The translations under genes were made by a program, and so were the position numbers. The notes beneath the pieces were generated by a model. The model ran no database searches. It worked only from the letters and a program-made list of their open reading frames with translations, and had not been told where the DNA came from. Shown here piece by piece: positions 39,368-53,053 of a stretch of 64,000 nucleotides of DNA; within the stretch, counting starts at the first letter, position 1, and each line of letters opens with the position of its first letter. The stretch is from Mobula hypostoma (taxonomy: Eukaryota): positions 96,102,001 to 96,166,000 of the forward strand of contig NC_086107.1 of assembly GCF_963921235.1 (NCBI RefSeq), given 5' to 3'.

Positions 39368-40972
39368 CCCTTCTGGGGAATTTCAAAGTAGCAAAGAAAA
39401 GGAAAACGACGAAAGCTCCATCAGGCACAGCAGCACAGACAAGCATGCACGCACATGGAGAGAGAGGAGAGAGCTAGCTGCTTGCTCTACACTTCTCCTG
39501 TGTCTGTGTCTGTCTGTCGATACAGCTCACTCACTCACTCACGCCATGGGCAGACAACTCAACAACAGCACGAGCATCATATATCTGGGCCATTTGATCA
39601 AGCCATTTGATGGCTAAGATCAAGTGCACATCCAGGCTGCAACCAGATCAGGTGCTGCAGGCAAGGCAGCAACTTCATGAGAGATGCCCCTTGGCATTCA
39701 TTCCTGAAGCAAACTGCTCAACCGGCACACTCATTCTGATGCCTGCTCACTCGGCAGCTGCCTGCACCAAGCACAGAAGCAGAGTGAAGCGGAGCGGGCC
39801 GAAAGGCCTTTTCTGTCCCGCCACGCTCGCTCCACTTCTCAGGCTCAGGCTTCTCAGCTGCTCCTTGAAGCCAACGGAGGACGGGACGGACGGACGGACG
39901 GGCGGGCCGAACGAACGAACGAACGAACGAACGAGGCGAATGAACGAATGATTTCACCAGCAGCCAGCCTGTCGGACAGGCAGGCTCGTTCAAGTGTGCC
40001 AGCAGCCAGGGCTCGTGGACGAGAGGAAGGAAGGGAGGCATCCGATGGAGCCCGGCCACAGAGCAACGGGGCCCGGTGCTGCATCCTCCCCGCCTGCACC
40101 AGACTGCCAAGACTGCTGCTCTCCTGCCCAGACAGACAGACAGACAGACAGACCAGCTACAAGCATCACCACCTAGCCATAGCACCAGCAAAACTCTGCC
40201 TACCTGCCCTGGCCTGGCCTGGCCTCCTCTGCTCTGCCCGACCCGACCCGACTCGACTCACAAATCTCCATTGTGATGCGTCTGCCTGCCCCTGCCCCAG
40301 CCCCAAAGCCCCGCCCACCGTTCGAGGCAAGGCAGAGGCACAACCCCCCACTCAGACCTCCCCAATATACATTGGCAGTGCAGTGCATCTCCAGCCTCGC
40401 TCAAAACACGTCCCAAACCCCAAAATCACTCAAACCTCTCATGCTTACACGTACCTACTCGGCGTCCAGCTTTGGCGCACGTCTCCACAAGTGCCACATC
40501 CATCCACGTGCCCCTGCTTCACGCACAGCACAGCACTGTGCCTCCCTCCGGCAGGCATTTCGCCGATCCATTTCCTGTTTCACAACCAAGGCATAATCAG
40601 TACCCCTTTCCTTCCACAGCACAGCGCGCACACGCGCCCGCCCACTCCGCCACCGAGCCATGCCGGCCAAAAACGCACCTGCACAGCAGTGGGGCACAGG
40701 GCCGCCGTCAGCCCGCCACACATTTCCCTCCTTCCCTCCTATTTCTACATCCGTGCACCCACCCCGCTGCAAAACCAGTCAGTCTGCTCAGGCGTCAGCA
40801 CAGAGGCATAGTGAAGGGCCTCGGCCCTTCTCCCTTTACTGCCCTCTGTACATGTGACCAGAGCTTGGCAGATCCCTCAGCACTCCGTGTGCACGTGTGT
40901 CTGTGACTCTGTGTCTCTGTGAGATTGAGTGAGTGAGTGAGTGAGTCAGTGAGAGAGAGAGACAGACAGACA

Positions 40973-41019
<47 letters not shown>

Positions 41020-41918
41020 ACCCCCATCCACCCTGGTAAAAAAAAGGTGGTGGGGGAGCAGGGGAGAAGACACTGTGTCCAATCATAGCCTGTGCAGACG
41101 CAAAGTCTGCAGCTTCTGGAGATGAAACAAACTCAATCCACTCAACAATTGTAATTGCACACACGTCAAAATAAAGGCACAGAGGTGTGAATGGCTGCAC
41201 TTCAGCCTTCGGCTTGGAGAGCACACCCATTGTTTCTCCTCAGGCACACCTGTAGCTGACATCCTCCTGTTCCCAAACTTGCCAGGAGGCTTTTCTGCCC
41301 GCGGACTTTGGCCACGTCCACAACCCTCGTACCGGTCTTGAGCGTTGCACGTGGCCTCTGCCTTTGTCGCCCGGCGCAGTCCCATCCGCTCGCTCCCTCC
41401 CGGAGAGGGCAGAGCCTCCGAAGGAGACCGTTCAGCTGGATGGATGCGCCGGCCAGCTAGGGCGCGCAAAGCCGAGAGGCGCGCTCTCTTTGCCGAGTGC
41501 AGGGACGCCCTTGAAGGGCCCAGCGGCCTGCTCCCACTCCCCCTGCAGACTCTTGTGCAGACAGGACAGCGTGACCAGCCTCCCATGACCAGGAGAGCAG
41601 TGCAAGTTGAGCCAGCCTCTGAGACCGACCTGGGAGCCGGCAGCCTTGACGTAGGCAGTGTGCCAGTGACGTAGGCGCCCATAAGTACGGCCCCACTCCC
41701 AGATGATTGGTGGATCACTAGCAGCTTTACATAGCCTCTGACAACTTGCACTCATGACGGACCAGGTAGGCAACAGCTGTCCAGCACACCCACCCATCCC
41801 AGACAACCTAGGGGAGAGCTGCCAGCGGGCCAGGGCAGCAAGGTCTTTGCCAGGCCTCCTGCTTCAATCTAAACACCAGAGGCTAGGCAGGATGTAGCCG
41901 ACTCAAGCGTATGCCTGC

Positions 41919-42106
41919 ATCGCTTCTCGGCCTTTTGGCTAAGATCAAGTGTAGTATCTGTTCTTATCAGTTTAATATCTGATACGTCCCTTATCTGGGG
42001 ACCATATATTAAATTGATTTTTGGAACAGGGAGATGGAATAGGGGCTTGCTCCGTCCACTCCACGCATCGACCCGGTATTGCAGTGCCTCTGGGAACGGT
42101 GCACTC
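41919..42106 (+). ncRNA. RNU2: U2 snRNA, copy 10
   Basis: Same sequence as copy 1. Confidence 0.99.
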
Positions 42107-43709
42107 CCCTTCTGGGGAATTTCAAAGTAGCAAAGAAAAGGAAAACGACGAAAGCTCCATCAGGCACAGCAGCACAGACAAGCATGCACGCACATGGAGA
42201 GAGAGGAGAGAGCTAGCTGCTTGCTCTACACTTCTCCTGTGTCTGTGTCTGTCTGTCGATACAGCTCACTCACTCACTCACGCCATGGGCAGACAACTCA
42301 ACAACAGCACGAGCATCATATATCTGGGCCATTTGATCAAGCCATTTGATGGCTAAGATCAAGTGCACATCCAGGCTGCAACCAGATCAGGTGCTGCAGG
42401 CAAGGCAGCAACTTCATGAGAGATGCCCCTTGGCATTCATTCCTGAAGCAAACTGCTCAACCGGCACACTCATTCTGATGCCTGCTCACTCGGCAGCTGC
42501 CTGCACCAAGCACAGAAGCAGAGTGAAGCGGAGCGGGCCGAAAGGCCTTTTCTGTCCCGCCACGCTCGCTCCACTTCTCAGGCTCAGGCTTCTCAGCTGC
42601 TCCTTGAAGCCAACGGAGGACGGGACGGACGGACGGACGGGCGGGCGAACGAACGAACGAACGAACGAACGAGGCGAATGAACGAATGATTTCACCAGCA
42701 GCCAGCCTGTCGGACAGGCAGGCTCGTTCAAGTGTGCCAGCAGCCAGGGCTCGTGGACGAGAGGAAGGAAGGGAGGCATCCGATGGAGCCCGGCCACAGA
42801 GCAACGGGGCCCGGTGCTGCATCCTCCCCGCCTGCACCAGACTGCCAAGACTGCTGCTCTCCTGCCCAGACAGACAGACAGACAGACAGACCAGCTACAA
42901 GCATCACCACCTAGCCATAGCACCAGCAAAACTCTGCCTACCTGCCCTGGCCTGGCCTGGCCTCCTCTGCTCTGCCCGACCCGACCCGACTCGACTCACA
43001 AATCTCCATTGTGATGCGTCTGCCTGCCCCTGCCCCAGCCCCAAAGCCCCGCCCACCGTTCGAGGCAAGGCAGAGGCACAACCCCCCACTCAGACCTCCC
43101 CAATATACATTGGCAGTGCAGTGCATCTCCAGCCTCGCTCAAAATCACGTCCCAAACCCCAAAATCACTCAAACCTCTCATGCTTACACGTACCTACTCG
43201 GCGTCCAGCTTTGGCGCACGTCTCCACAAGTGCCACATCCATCCACGTGCCCCTGCTTCACGCACAGCACAGCACTGTGCCTCCCTCCGGCAGGCATTTC
43301 GCCGATCCATTTCCTGTTTCACAACCAAGGCATAATCAGTACCCCTTTCCTTCCACAGCACAGCGCGCACACGCGCCCGCCCACTCCGCCACCGAGCCAT
43401 GCCGGCCAAAAACGCACCTGCACAGCAGTGGGGCACAGGGCCGCCGTCAGCCCGCCACACATTTCCCTCCTTCCCTCCTATTTCTACATCCGTGCACCCA
43501 CCCCGCTGCAAAACCAGTCAGTCTGCTCAGGCGTCAGCACAGAGGCATAGTGAAGGGCCTCGGCCCTTCTCCCTTTACTGCCCTCTGTACATGTGACCAG
43601 AGCTTGGCAGATCCCTCAGCACTCCGTGTGCACGTGTGTCTGTGACTCTGTGTCTCTGTGAGATTGAGTGAGTGAGTGAGTGAGTCAGTGAGAGAGAGAG
43701 AGACAGACA

Positions 43710-43760
<51 letters not shown>

Positions 43761-44659
43761 ACCCCCATCCACCCTGGTAAAAAAAAGGTGGTGGGGGAGC
43801 AGGGGAGAAGACACTGTGTCCAATCATAGCCTGTGCAGACGCAAAGTCTGCAGCTTCTGGAGATGAAACAAACTCAATCCACTCAACAATTGTAATTGCA
43901 CACACGTCAAAATAAAGGCACAGAGGTGTGAATGGCTGCACTTCAGCCTTCGGCTTGGAGAGCACACCCATTGTTTCTCCTCAGGCACACCTGTAGCTGA
44001 CATCCTCCTGTTCCCAAACTTGCCAGGAGGCTTTTCTGCCCGCGGACTTTGGCCACGTCCACAACCCTCGTACCGGTCTTGAGCGTTGCACGTGGCCTCT
44101 GCCTTTGTCGCCCGGCGCAGTCCCATCCGCTCGCTCCCTCCCGGAGAGGGCAGAGCCTCCGAAGGAGACCGTTCAGCTGGATGGATGCGCCGGCCAGCTA
44201 GGGCGCGCAAAGCCGAGAGGCGCGCTCTCTTTGCCGAGTGCAGGGACGCCCTTGAAGGGCCCAGCGGCCTGCTCCCACTCCCCCTGCAGACTCTTGTGCA
44301 GACAGGACAGCGTGACCAGCCTCCCATGACCAGGAGAGCAGTGCAAGTTGAGCCAGCCTCTGAGACCGACCTGGGAGCCGGCAGCCTTGACGTAGGCAGT
44401 GTGCCAGTGACGTAGGCGCCCATAAGTACGGCCCCACTCCCAGATGATTGGTGGATCACTAGCAGCTTTACATAGCCTCTGACAACTTGCACTCATGACG
44501 GACCAGGTAGGCAACAGCTGTCCAGCACACCCACCCATCCCAGACAACCTAGGGGAGAGCTGCCAGCGGGCCAGGGCAGCAAGGTCTTTGCCAGGCCTCC
44601 TGCTTCAATCTAAACACCAGAGGCTAGGCAGGATGTAGCCGACTCAAGCGTATGCCTGC

Positions 44660-44847
44660 ATCGCTTCTCGGCCTTTTGGCTAAGATCAAGTGTAGTATCT
44701 GTTCTTATCAGTTTAATATCTGATACGTCCCTTATCTGGGGACCATATATTAAATTGATTTTTGGAACAGGGAGATGGAATAGGGGCTTGCTCCGTCCAC
44801 TCCACGCATCGACCCGGTATTGCAGTGCCTCTGGGAACGGTGCACTC
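44660..44847 (+). ncRNA. RNU2: U2 snRNA, copy 11
   Basis: Same sequence as copy 1. Confidence 0.99.
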
Positions 44848-46452
44848 CCCTTCTGGGGAATTTCAAAGTAGCAAAGAAAAGGAAAACGACGAAAGCTCCA
44901 TCAGGCACAGCAGCACAGACAAGCATGCACGCACATGGAGAGAGAGGAGAGAGCTAGCTGCTTGCTCTACACTTCTCCTGTGTCTGTGTCTGTCTGTCGA
45001 TACAGCTCACTCACTCACTCACGCCATGGGCAGACAACTCAACAACAGCACGAGCATCATATATCTGGGCCATTTGATCAAGCCATTTGATGGCTAAGAT
45101 CAAGTGCACATCCAGGCTGCAACCAGATCAGGTGCTGCAGGCAAGGCAGCAACTTCATGAGAGATGCCCCTTGGCATTCATTCCTGAAGCAAACTGCTCA
45201 ACCGGCACACTCATTCTGATGCCTGCTCACTCGGCAGCTGCCTGCACCAAGCACAGAAGCAGAGTGAAGCGGAGCGGGCCGAAAGGCCTTTTCTGTCCCG
45301 CCACGCTCGCTCCACTTCTCAGGCTCAGGCTTCTCAGCTGCTCCTTGAAGCCAACGGAGGACGGGACGGACGGACGGACGGGCGAACGAACGAACGAACG
45401 AACGAACGAACGAGGCGAATGAACGAATGATTTCACCAGCAGCCAGCCTGTCGGACAGGCAGGCTCGTTCAAGTGTGCCAGCAGCCAGGGCTCGTGGACG
45501 AGAGGAAGGAAGGGAGGCATCCGATGGAGCCCGGCCACAGAGCAACGGGGCCCGGTGCTGCATCCTCCCCGCCTGCACCAGACTGCCAAGACTGCTGCTC
45601 TCCTGCCCAGACAGACAGACAGACAGACAGACCAGCTACAAGCATCACCACCTAGCCATAGCACCAGCAAAACTCTGCCTACCTGCCCTGGCCTGGCCTG
45701 GCCTCCTCTGCTCTGCCCGACCCGACCCGACTCGACTCACAAATCTCCATTGTGATGCGTCTGCCTGCCCCTGCCCCAGCCCCAAAGCCCCGCCCACCGT
45801 TCGAGGCAAGGCAGAGGCACAACCCCCCACTCAGACCTCCCCAATATACATTGGCAGTGCAGTGCATCTCCAGCCTCGCTCAAAATCACGTCCCAAACCC
45901 CAAAATCACTCAAACCTCTCATGCTTACACGTACCTACTCGGCGTCCAGCTTTGGCGCACGTCTCCACAAGTGCCACATCCATCCACGTGCCCCTGCTTC
46001 ACGCACAGCACAGCACTGTGCCTCCCTCCGGCAGGCATTTCGCCGATCCATTTCCTGTTTCACAACCAAGGCATAATCAGTACCCCTTTCCTTCCACAGC
46101 ACAGCGCGCACACGCGCCCGCCCACTCCGCCACCGAGCCATGCCGGCCAAAAACGCACCTGCACAGCAGTGGGGCACAGGGCCGCCGTCAGCCCGCCACA
46201 CATTTCCCTCCTTCCCTCCTATTTCTACATCCGTGCACCCACCCCGCTGCAAAACCAGTCAGTCTGCTCAGGCGTCAGCACAGAGGCATAGTGAAGGGCC
46301 TCGGCCCTTCTCCCTTTACTGCCCTCTGTACATGTGACCAGAGCTTGGCAGATCCCTCAGCACTCCGTGTGCACGTGTGTCTGTGACTCTGTGTCTCTGT
46401 GAGATTGAGTGAGTGAGTGAGTGAGTCAGTGAGAGAGAGAGACAGACAGACA

Positions 46453-46501
<49 letters not shown>

Positions 46502-47400
46502 ACCCCCATCCACCCTGGTAAAAAAAAGGTGGTGGGGGAGCAGGGGAGAAGACACTGTGTCCAATCATAGCCTGTGCAGACGCAAAGTCTGCAGCTTCTG
46601 GAGATGAAACAAACTCAATCCACTCAACAATTGTAATTGCACACACGTCAAAATAAAGGCACAGAGGTGTGAATGGCTGCACTTCAGCCTTCGGCTTGGA
46701 GAGCACACCCATTGTTTCTCCTCAGGCACACCTGTAGCTGACATCCTCCTGTTCCCAAACTTGCCAGGAGGCTTTTCTGCCCGCGGACTTTGGCCACGTC
46801 CACAACCCTCGTACCGGTCTTGAGCGTTGCACGTGGCCTCTGCCTTTGTCGCCCGGCGCAGTCCCATCCGCTCGCTCCCTCCCGGAGAGGGCAGAGCCTC
46901 CGAAGGAGACCGTTCAGCTGGATGGATGCGCCGGCCAGCTAGGGCGCGCAAAGCCGAGAGGCGCGCTCTCTTTGCCGAGTGCAGGGACGCCCTTGAAGGG
47001 CCCAGCGGCCTGCTCCCACTCCCCCTGCAGACTCTTGTGCAGACAGGACAGCGTGACCAGCCTCCCATGACCAGGAGAGCAGTGCAAGTTGAGCCAGCCT
47101 CTGAGACCGACCTGGGAGCCGGCAGCCTTGACGTAGGCAGTGTGCCAGTGACGTAGGCGCCCATAAGTACGGCCCCACTCCCAGATGATTGGTGGATCAC
47201 TAGCAGCTTTACATAGCCTCTGACAACTTGCACTCATGACGGACCAGGTAGGCAACAGCTGTCCAGCACACCCACCCATCCCAGACAACCTAGGGGAGAG
47301 CTGCCAGCGGGCCAGGGCAGCAAGGTCTTTGCCAGGCCTCCTGCTTCAATCTAAACACCAGAGGCTAGGCAGGATGTAGCCGACTCAAGCGTATGCCTGC

Positions 47401-47588
47401 ATCGCTTCTCGGCCTTTTGGCTAAGATCAAGTGTAGTATCTGTTCTTATCAGTTTAATATCTGATACGTCCCTTATCTGGGGACCATATATTAAATTGAT
47501 TTTTGGAACAGGGAGATGGAATAGGGGCTTGCTCCGTCCACTCCACGCATCGACCCGGTATTGCAGTGCCTCTGGGAACGGTGCACTC
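47401..47588 (+). ncRNA. RNU2: U2 snRNA, copy 12
   Basis: Same sequence as copy 1. Confidence 0.99.
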
Positions 47589-49195
47589 CCCTTCTGGGGA
47601 ATTTCAAAGTAGCAAAGAAAAGGAAAACGACGAAAGCTCCATCAGGCACAGCAGCACAGACAAGCATGCACGCACATGGAGAGAGAGGAGAGAGCTAGCT
47701 GCTTGCTCTACACTTCTCCTGTGTCTGTGTCTGTCTGTCGATACAGCTCACTCACTCACTCACGCCATGGGCAGACAACTCAACAACAGCACGAGCATCA
47801 TATATCTGGGCCATTTGATCAAGCCATTTGATGGCTAAGATCAAGTGCACATCCAGGCTGCAACCAGATCAGGTGCTGCAGGCAAGGCAGCAACTTCATG
47901 AGAGATGCCCCTTGGCATTCATTCCTGAAGCAAACTGCTCAACCGGCACACTCATTCTGATGCCTGCTCACTCGGCAGCTGCCTGCACCAAGCACAGAAG
48001 CAGAGTGAAGCGGAGCGGGCCGAAAGGCCTTTTCTGTCCCGCCACGCTCGCTCCACTTCTCAGGCTCAGGCTTCTCAGCTGCTCCTTGAAGCCAACGGAG
48101 GACGGGACGGACGGACGGACGGACGGGCGGGAACGAACGAACGAACGAACGAACGAGGCGAATGAACGAATGATTTCACCAGCAGCCAGCCTGTCGGACA
48201 GGCAGGCTCGTTCAAGTGTGCCAGCAGCCAGGGCTCGTGGACGAGAGGAAGGAAGGGAGGCATCCGATGGAGCCCGGCCACAGAGCAACGGGGCCCGGTG
48301 CTGCATCCTCCCCGCCTGCACCAGACTGCCAAGACTGCTGCTCTCCTGCCCAGACAGACAGACAGACAGACAGACCAGCTACAAGCATCACCACCTAGCC
48401 ATAGCACCAGCAAAACTCTGCCTACCTGCCCTGGCCTGGCCTGGCCTCCTCTGCTCTGCCCGACCCGACCCGACTCGACTCACAAATCTCCATTGTGATG
48501 CGTCTGCCTGCCCCTGCCCCAGCCCCAAAGCCCCGCCCACCGTTCGAGGCAAGGCAGAGGCACAACCCCCCACTCAGACCTCCCCAATATACATTGGCAG
48601 TGCAGTGCATCTCCAGCCTCGCTCAAAATCACGTCCCAAACCCCAAAATCACTCAAACCTCTCATGCTTACACGTACCTACTCGGCGTCCAGCTTTGGCG
48701 CACGTCTCCACAAGTGCCACATCCATCCACGTGCCCCTGCTTCACGCACAGCACAGCACTGTGCCTCCCTCCGGCAGGCATTTCGCCGATCCATTTCCTG
48801 TTTCACAACCAAGGCATAATCAGTACCCCTTTCCTTCCACAGCACAGCGCGCACACGCGCCCGCCCACTCCGCCACCGAGCCATGCCGGCCAAAAACGCA
48901 CCTGCACAGCAGTGGGGCACAGGGCCGCCGTCAGCCCGCCACACATTTCCCTCCTTCCCTCCTATTTCTACATCCGTGCACCCACCCCGCTGCAAAACCA
49001 GTCAGTCTGCTCAGGCGTCAGCACAGAGGCATAGTGAAGGGCCTCGGCCCTTCTCCCTTTACTGCCCTCTGTACATGTGACCAGAGCTTGGCAGATCCCT
49101 CAGCACTCCGTGTGCACGTGTGTCTGTGACTCTGTGTCTCTGTGAGATTGAGTGAGTGAGTGAGTGAGTCAGTGAGAGAGAGAGACAGACAGACA

Positions 49196-49246
<51 letters not shown>

Positions 49247-50145
49247 ACCCCCATCCACCCTGGTAAAAAAAAGGTGGTGGGGGAGCAGGGGAGAAGACAC
49301 TGTGTCCAATCATAGCCTGTGCAGACGCAAAGTCTGCAGCTTCTGGAGATGAAACAAACTCAATCCACTCAACAATTGTAATTGCACACACGTCAAAATA
49401 AAGGCACAGAGGTGTGAATGGCTGCACTTCAGCCTTCGGCTTGGAGAGCACACCCATTGTTTCTCCTCAGGCACACCTGTAGCTGACATCCTCCTGTTCC
49501 CAAACTTGCCAGGAGGCTTTTCTGCCCGCGGACTTTGGCCACGTCCACAACCCTCGTACCGGTCTTGAGCGTTGCACGTGGCCTCTGCCTTTGTCGCCCG
49601 GCGCAGTCCCATCCGCTCGCTCCCTCCCGGAGAGGGCAGAGCCTCCGAAGGAGACCGTTCAGCTGGATGGATGCGCCGGCCAGCTAGGGCGCGCAAAGCC
49701 GAGAGGCGCGCTCTCTTTGCCGAGTGCAGGGACGCCCTTGAAGGGCCCAGCGGCCTGCTCCCACTCCCCCTGCAGACTCTTGTGCAGACAGGACAGCGTG
49801 ACCAGCCTCCCATGACCAGGAGAGCAGTGCAAGTTGAGCCAGCCTCTGAGACCGACCTGGGAGCCGGCAGCCTTGACGTAGGCAGTGTGCCAGTGACGTA
49901 GGCGCCCATAAGTACGGCCCCACTCCCAGATGATTGGTGGATCACTAGCAGCTTTACATAGCCTCTGACAACTTGCACTCATGACGGACCAGGTAGGCAA
50001 CAGCTGTCCAGCACACCCACCCATCCCAGACAACCTAGGGGAGAGCTGCCAGCGGGCCAGGGCAGCAAGGTCTTTGCCAGGCCTCCTGCTTCAATCTAAA
50101 CACCAGAGGCTAGGCAGGATGTAGCCGACTCAAGCGTATGCCTGC

Positions 50146-50333
50146 ATCGCTTCTCGGCCTTTTGGCTAAGATCAAGTGTAGTATCTGTTCTTATCAGTTT
50201 AATATCTGATACGTCCCTTATCTGGGGACCATATATTAAATTGATTTTTGGAACAGGGAGATGGAATAGGGGCTTGCTCCGTCCACTCCACGCATCGACC
50301 CGGTATTGCAGTGCCTCTGGGAACGGTGCACTC
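50146..50333 (+). ncRNA. RNU2: U2 snRNA, copy 13
   Basis: Same sequence as copy 1. Confidence 0.99.
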
Positions 50334-51946
50334 CCCTTCTGGGGAATTTCAAAGTAGCAAAGAAAAGGAAAACGACGAAAGCTCCATCAGGCACAGCAGC
50401 ACAGACAAGCATGCACGCACATGGAGAGAGAGGAGAGAGCTAGCTGCTTGCTCTACACTTCTCCTGTGTCTGTGTCTGTCTGTCGATACAGCTCACTCAC
50501 TCACTCACGCCATGGGCAGACAACTCAACAACAGCACGAGCATCATATATCTGGGCCATTTGATCAAGCCATTTGATGGCTAAGATCAAGTGCACATCCA
50601 GGCTGCAACCAGATCAGGTGCTGCAGGCAAGGCAGCAACTTCATGAGAGATGCCCCTTGGCATTCATTCCTGAAGCAAACTGCTCAACCGGCACACTCAT
50701 TCTGATGCCTGCTCACTCGGCAGCTGCCTGCACCAAGCACAGAAGCAGAGTGAAGCGGAGCGGGCCGAAAGGCCTTTTCTGTCCCGCCACGCTCGCTCCA
50801 CTTCTCAGGCTCAGGCTTCTCAGCTGCTCCTTGAAGCCAACGGAGGACGGGACGGACGGACGGACGGGCGGGCGAACGAACGAACGAACGAACGAACGAA
50901 CGAACGAGGCGAATGAACGAATGATTTCACCAGCAGCCAGCCTGTCGGACAGGCAGGCTCGTTCAAGTGTGCCAGCAGCCAGGGCTCGTGGACGAGAGGA
51001 AGGAAGGGAGGCATCCGATGGAGCCCGGCCACAGAGCAACGGGGCCCGGTGCTGCATCCTCCCCGCCTGCACCAGACTGCCAAGACTGCTGCTCTCCTGC
51101 CCAGACAGACAGACAGACAGACAGACCAGCTACAAGCATCACCACCTAGCCATAGCACCAGCAAAACTCTGCCTACCTGCCCTGGCCTGGCCTGGCCTCC
51201 TCTGCTCTGCCCGACCCGACCCGACTCGACTCACAAATCTCCATTGTGATGCGTCTGCCTGCCCCTGCCCCAGCCCCAAAGCCCCGCCCACCGTTCGAGG
51301 CAAGGCAGAGGCACAACCCCCCACTCAGACCTCCCCAATATACATTGGCAGTGCAGTGCATCTCCAGCCTCGCTCAAAATCACGTCCCAAACCCCAAAAT
51401 CACTCAAACCTCTCATGCTTACACGTACCTACTCGGCGTCCAGCTTTGGCGCACGTCTCCACAAGTGCCACATCCATCCACGTGCCCCTGCTTCACGCAC
51501 AGCACAGCACTGTGCCTCCCTCCGGCAGGCATTTCGCCGATCCATTTCCTGTTTCACAACCAAGGCATAATCAGTACCCCTTTCCTTCCACAGCACAGCG
51601 CGCACACGCGCCCGCCCACTCCGCCACCGAGCCATGCCGGCCAAAAACGCACCTGCACAGCAGTGGGGCACAGGGCCGCCGTCAGCCCGCCACACATTTC
51701 CCTCCTTCCCTCCTATTTCTACATCCGTGCACCCACCCCGCTGCAAAACCAGTCAGTCTGCTCAGGCGTCAGCACAGAGGCATAGTGAAGGGCCTCGGCC
51801 CTTCTCCCTTTACTGCCCTCTGTACATGTGACCAGAGCTTGGCAGATCCCTCAGCACTCCGTGTGCACGTGTGTCTGTGACTCTGTGTCTCTGTGAGATT
51901 GAGTGAGTGAGTGAGTGAGTCAGTGAGAGAGAGAGACAGACAGACA

Positions 51947-51997
<51 letters not shown>

Positions 51998-52896
51998 ACC
52001 CCCATCCACCCTGGTAAAAAAAAGGTGGTGGGGGAGCAGGGGAGAAGACACTGTGTCCAATCATAGCCTGTGCAGACGCAAAGTCTGCAGCTTCTGGAGA
52101 TGAAACAAACTCAATCCACTCAACAATTGTAATTGCACACACGTCAAAATAAAGGCACAGAGGTGTGAATGGCTGCACTTCAGCCTTCGGCTTGGAGAGC
52201 ACACCCATTGTTTCTCCTCAGGCACACCTGTAGCTGACATCCTCCTGTTCCCAAACTTGCCAGGAGGCTTTTCTGCCCGCGGACTTTGGCCACGTCCACA
52301 ACCCTCGTACCGGTCTTGAGCGTTGCACGTGGCCTCTGCCTTTGTCGCCCGGCGCAGTCCCATCCGCTCGCTCCCTCCCGGAGAGGGCAGAGCCTCCGAA
52401 GGAGACCGTTCAGCTGGATGGATGCGCCGGCCAGCTAGGGCGCGCAAAGCCGAGAGGCGCGCTCTCTTTGCCGAGTGCAGGGACGCCCTTGAAGGGCCCA
52501 GCGGCCTGCTCCCACTCCCCCTGCAGACTCTTGTGCAGACAGGACAGCGTGACCAGCCTCCCATGACCAGGAGAGCAGTGCAAGTTGAGCCAGCCTCTGA
52601 GACCGACCTGGGAGCCGGCAGCCTTGACGTAGGCAGTGTGCCAGTGACGTAGGCGCCCATAAGTACGGCCCCACTCCCAGATGATTGGTGGATCACTAGC
52701 AGCTTTACATAGCCTCTGACAACTTGCACTCATGACGGACCAGGTAGGCAACAGCTGTCCAGCACACCCACCCATCCCAGACAACCTAGGGGAGAGCTGC
52801 CAGCGGGCCAGGGCAGCAAGGTCTTTGCCAGGCCTCCTGCTTCAATCTAAACACCAGAGGCTAGGCAGGATGTAGCCGACTCAAGCGTATGCCTGC

Positions 52897-52948
52897 ATCG
52901 CTTCTCGGCCTTTTGGCTAAGATCAAGTGTAGTATCTGTTCTTATCAG
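52897..52948 (+). pseudogene. RNU2: Interrupted U2 copy 14, 5' part (nt 1-52)
   Basis: U2 sequence stops after ...TTCTTATCAG and continues as ACCAGAAGG (element). Confidence 0.97.
52935..52948 (+). repeat. Left target-site duplication TCTGTTCTTATCAG (U2 nt 39-52)
   Basis: Identical 14-mer at 58110-58123; 15 bp if the preceding A is counted. Confidence 0.95.
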
Positions 52949-53053
52949 ACCAGAAGGCGGAGGTGAAGAGTTCGCGCTGACGCAGGGGTGGATCCTAATG
53001 CTGATTGGCCTCCAATCTAACACCCCATACCAGCGACGACAGCAGTGAGGAAG

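Noticed and set aside
14957..52896. CRISPR array, rDNA, or linked 5S/tRNA genes in the repeat
   Set aside because: No repeat-spacer structure and no 5S, tRNA or rRNA sequence recognised; the only identifiable RNA gene is U2.
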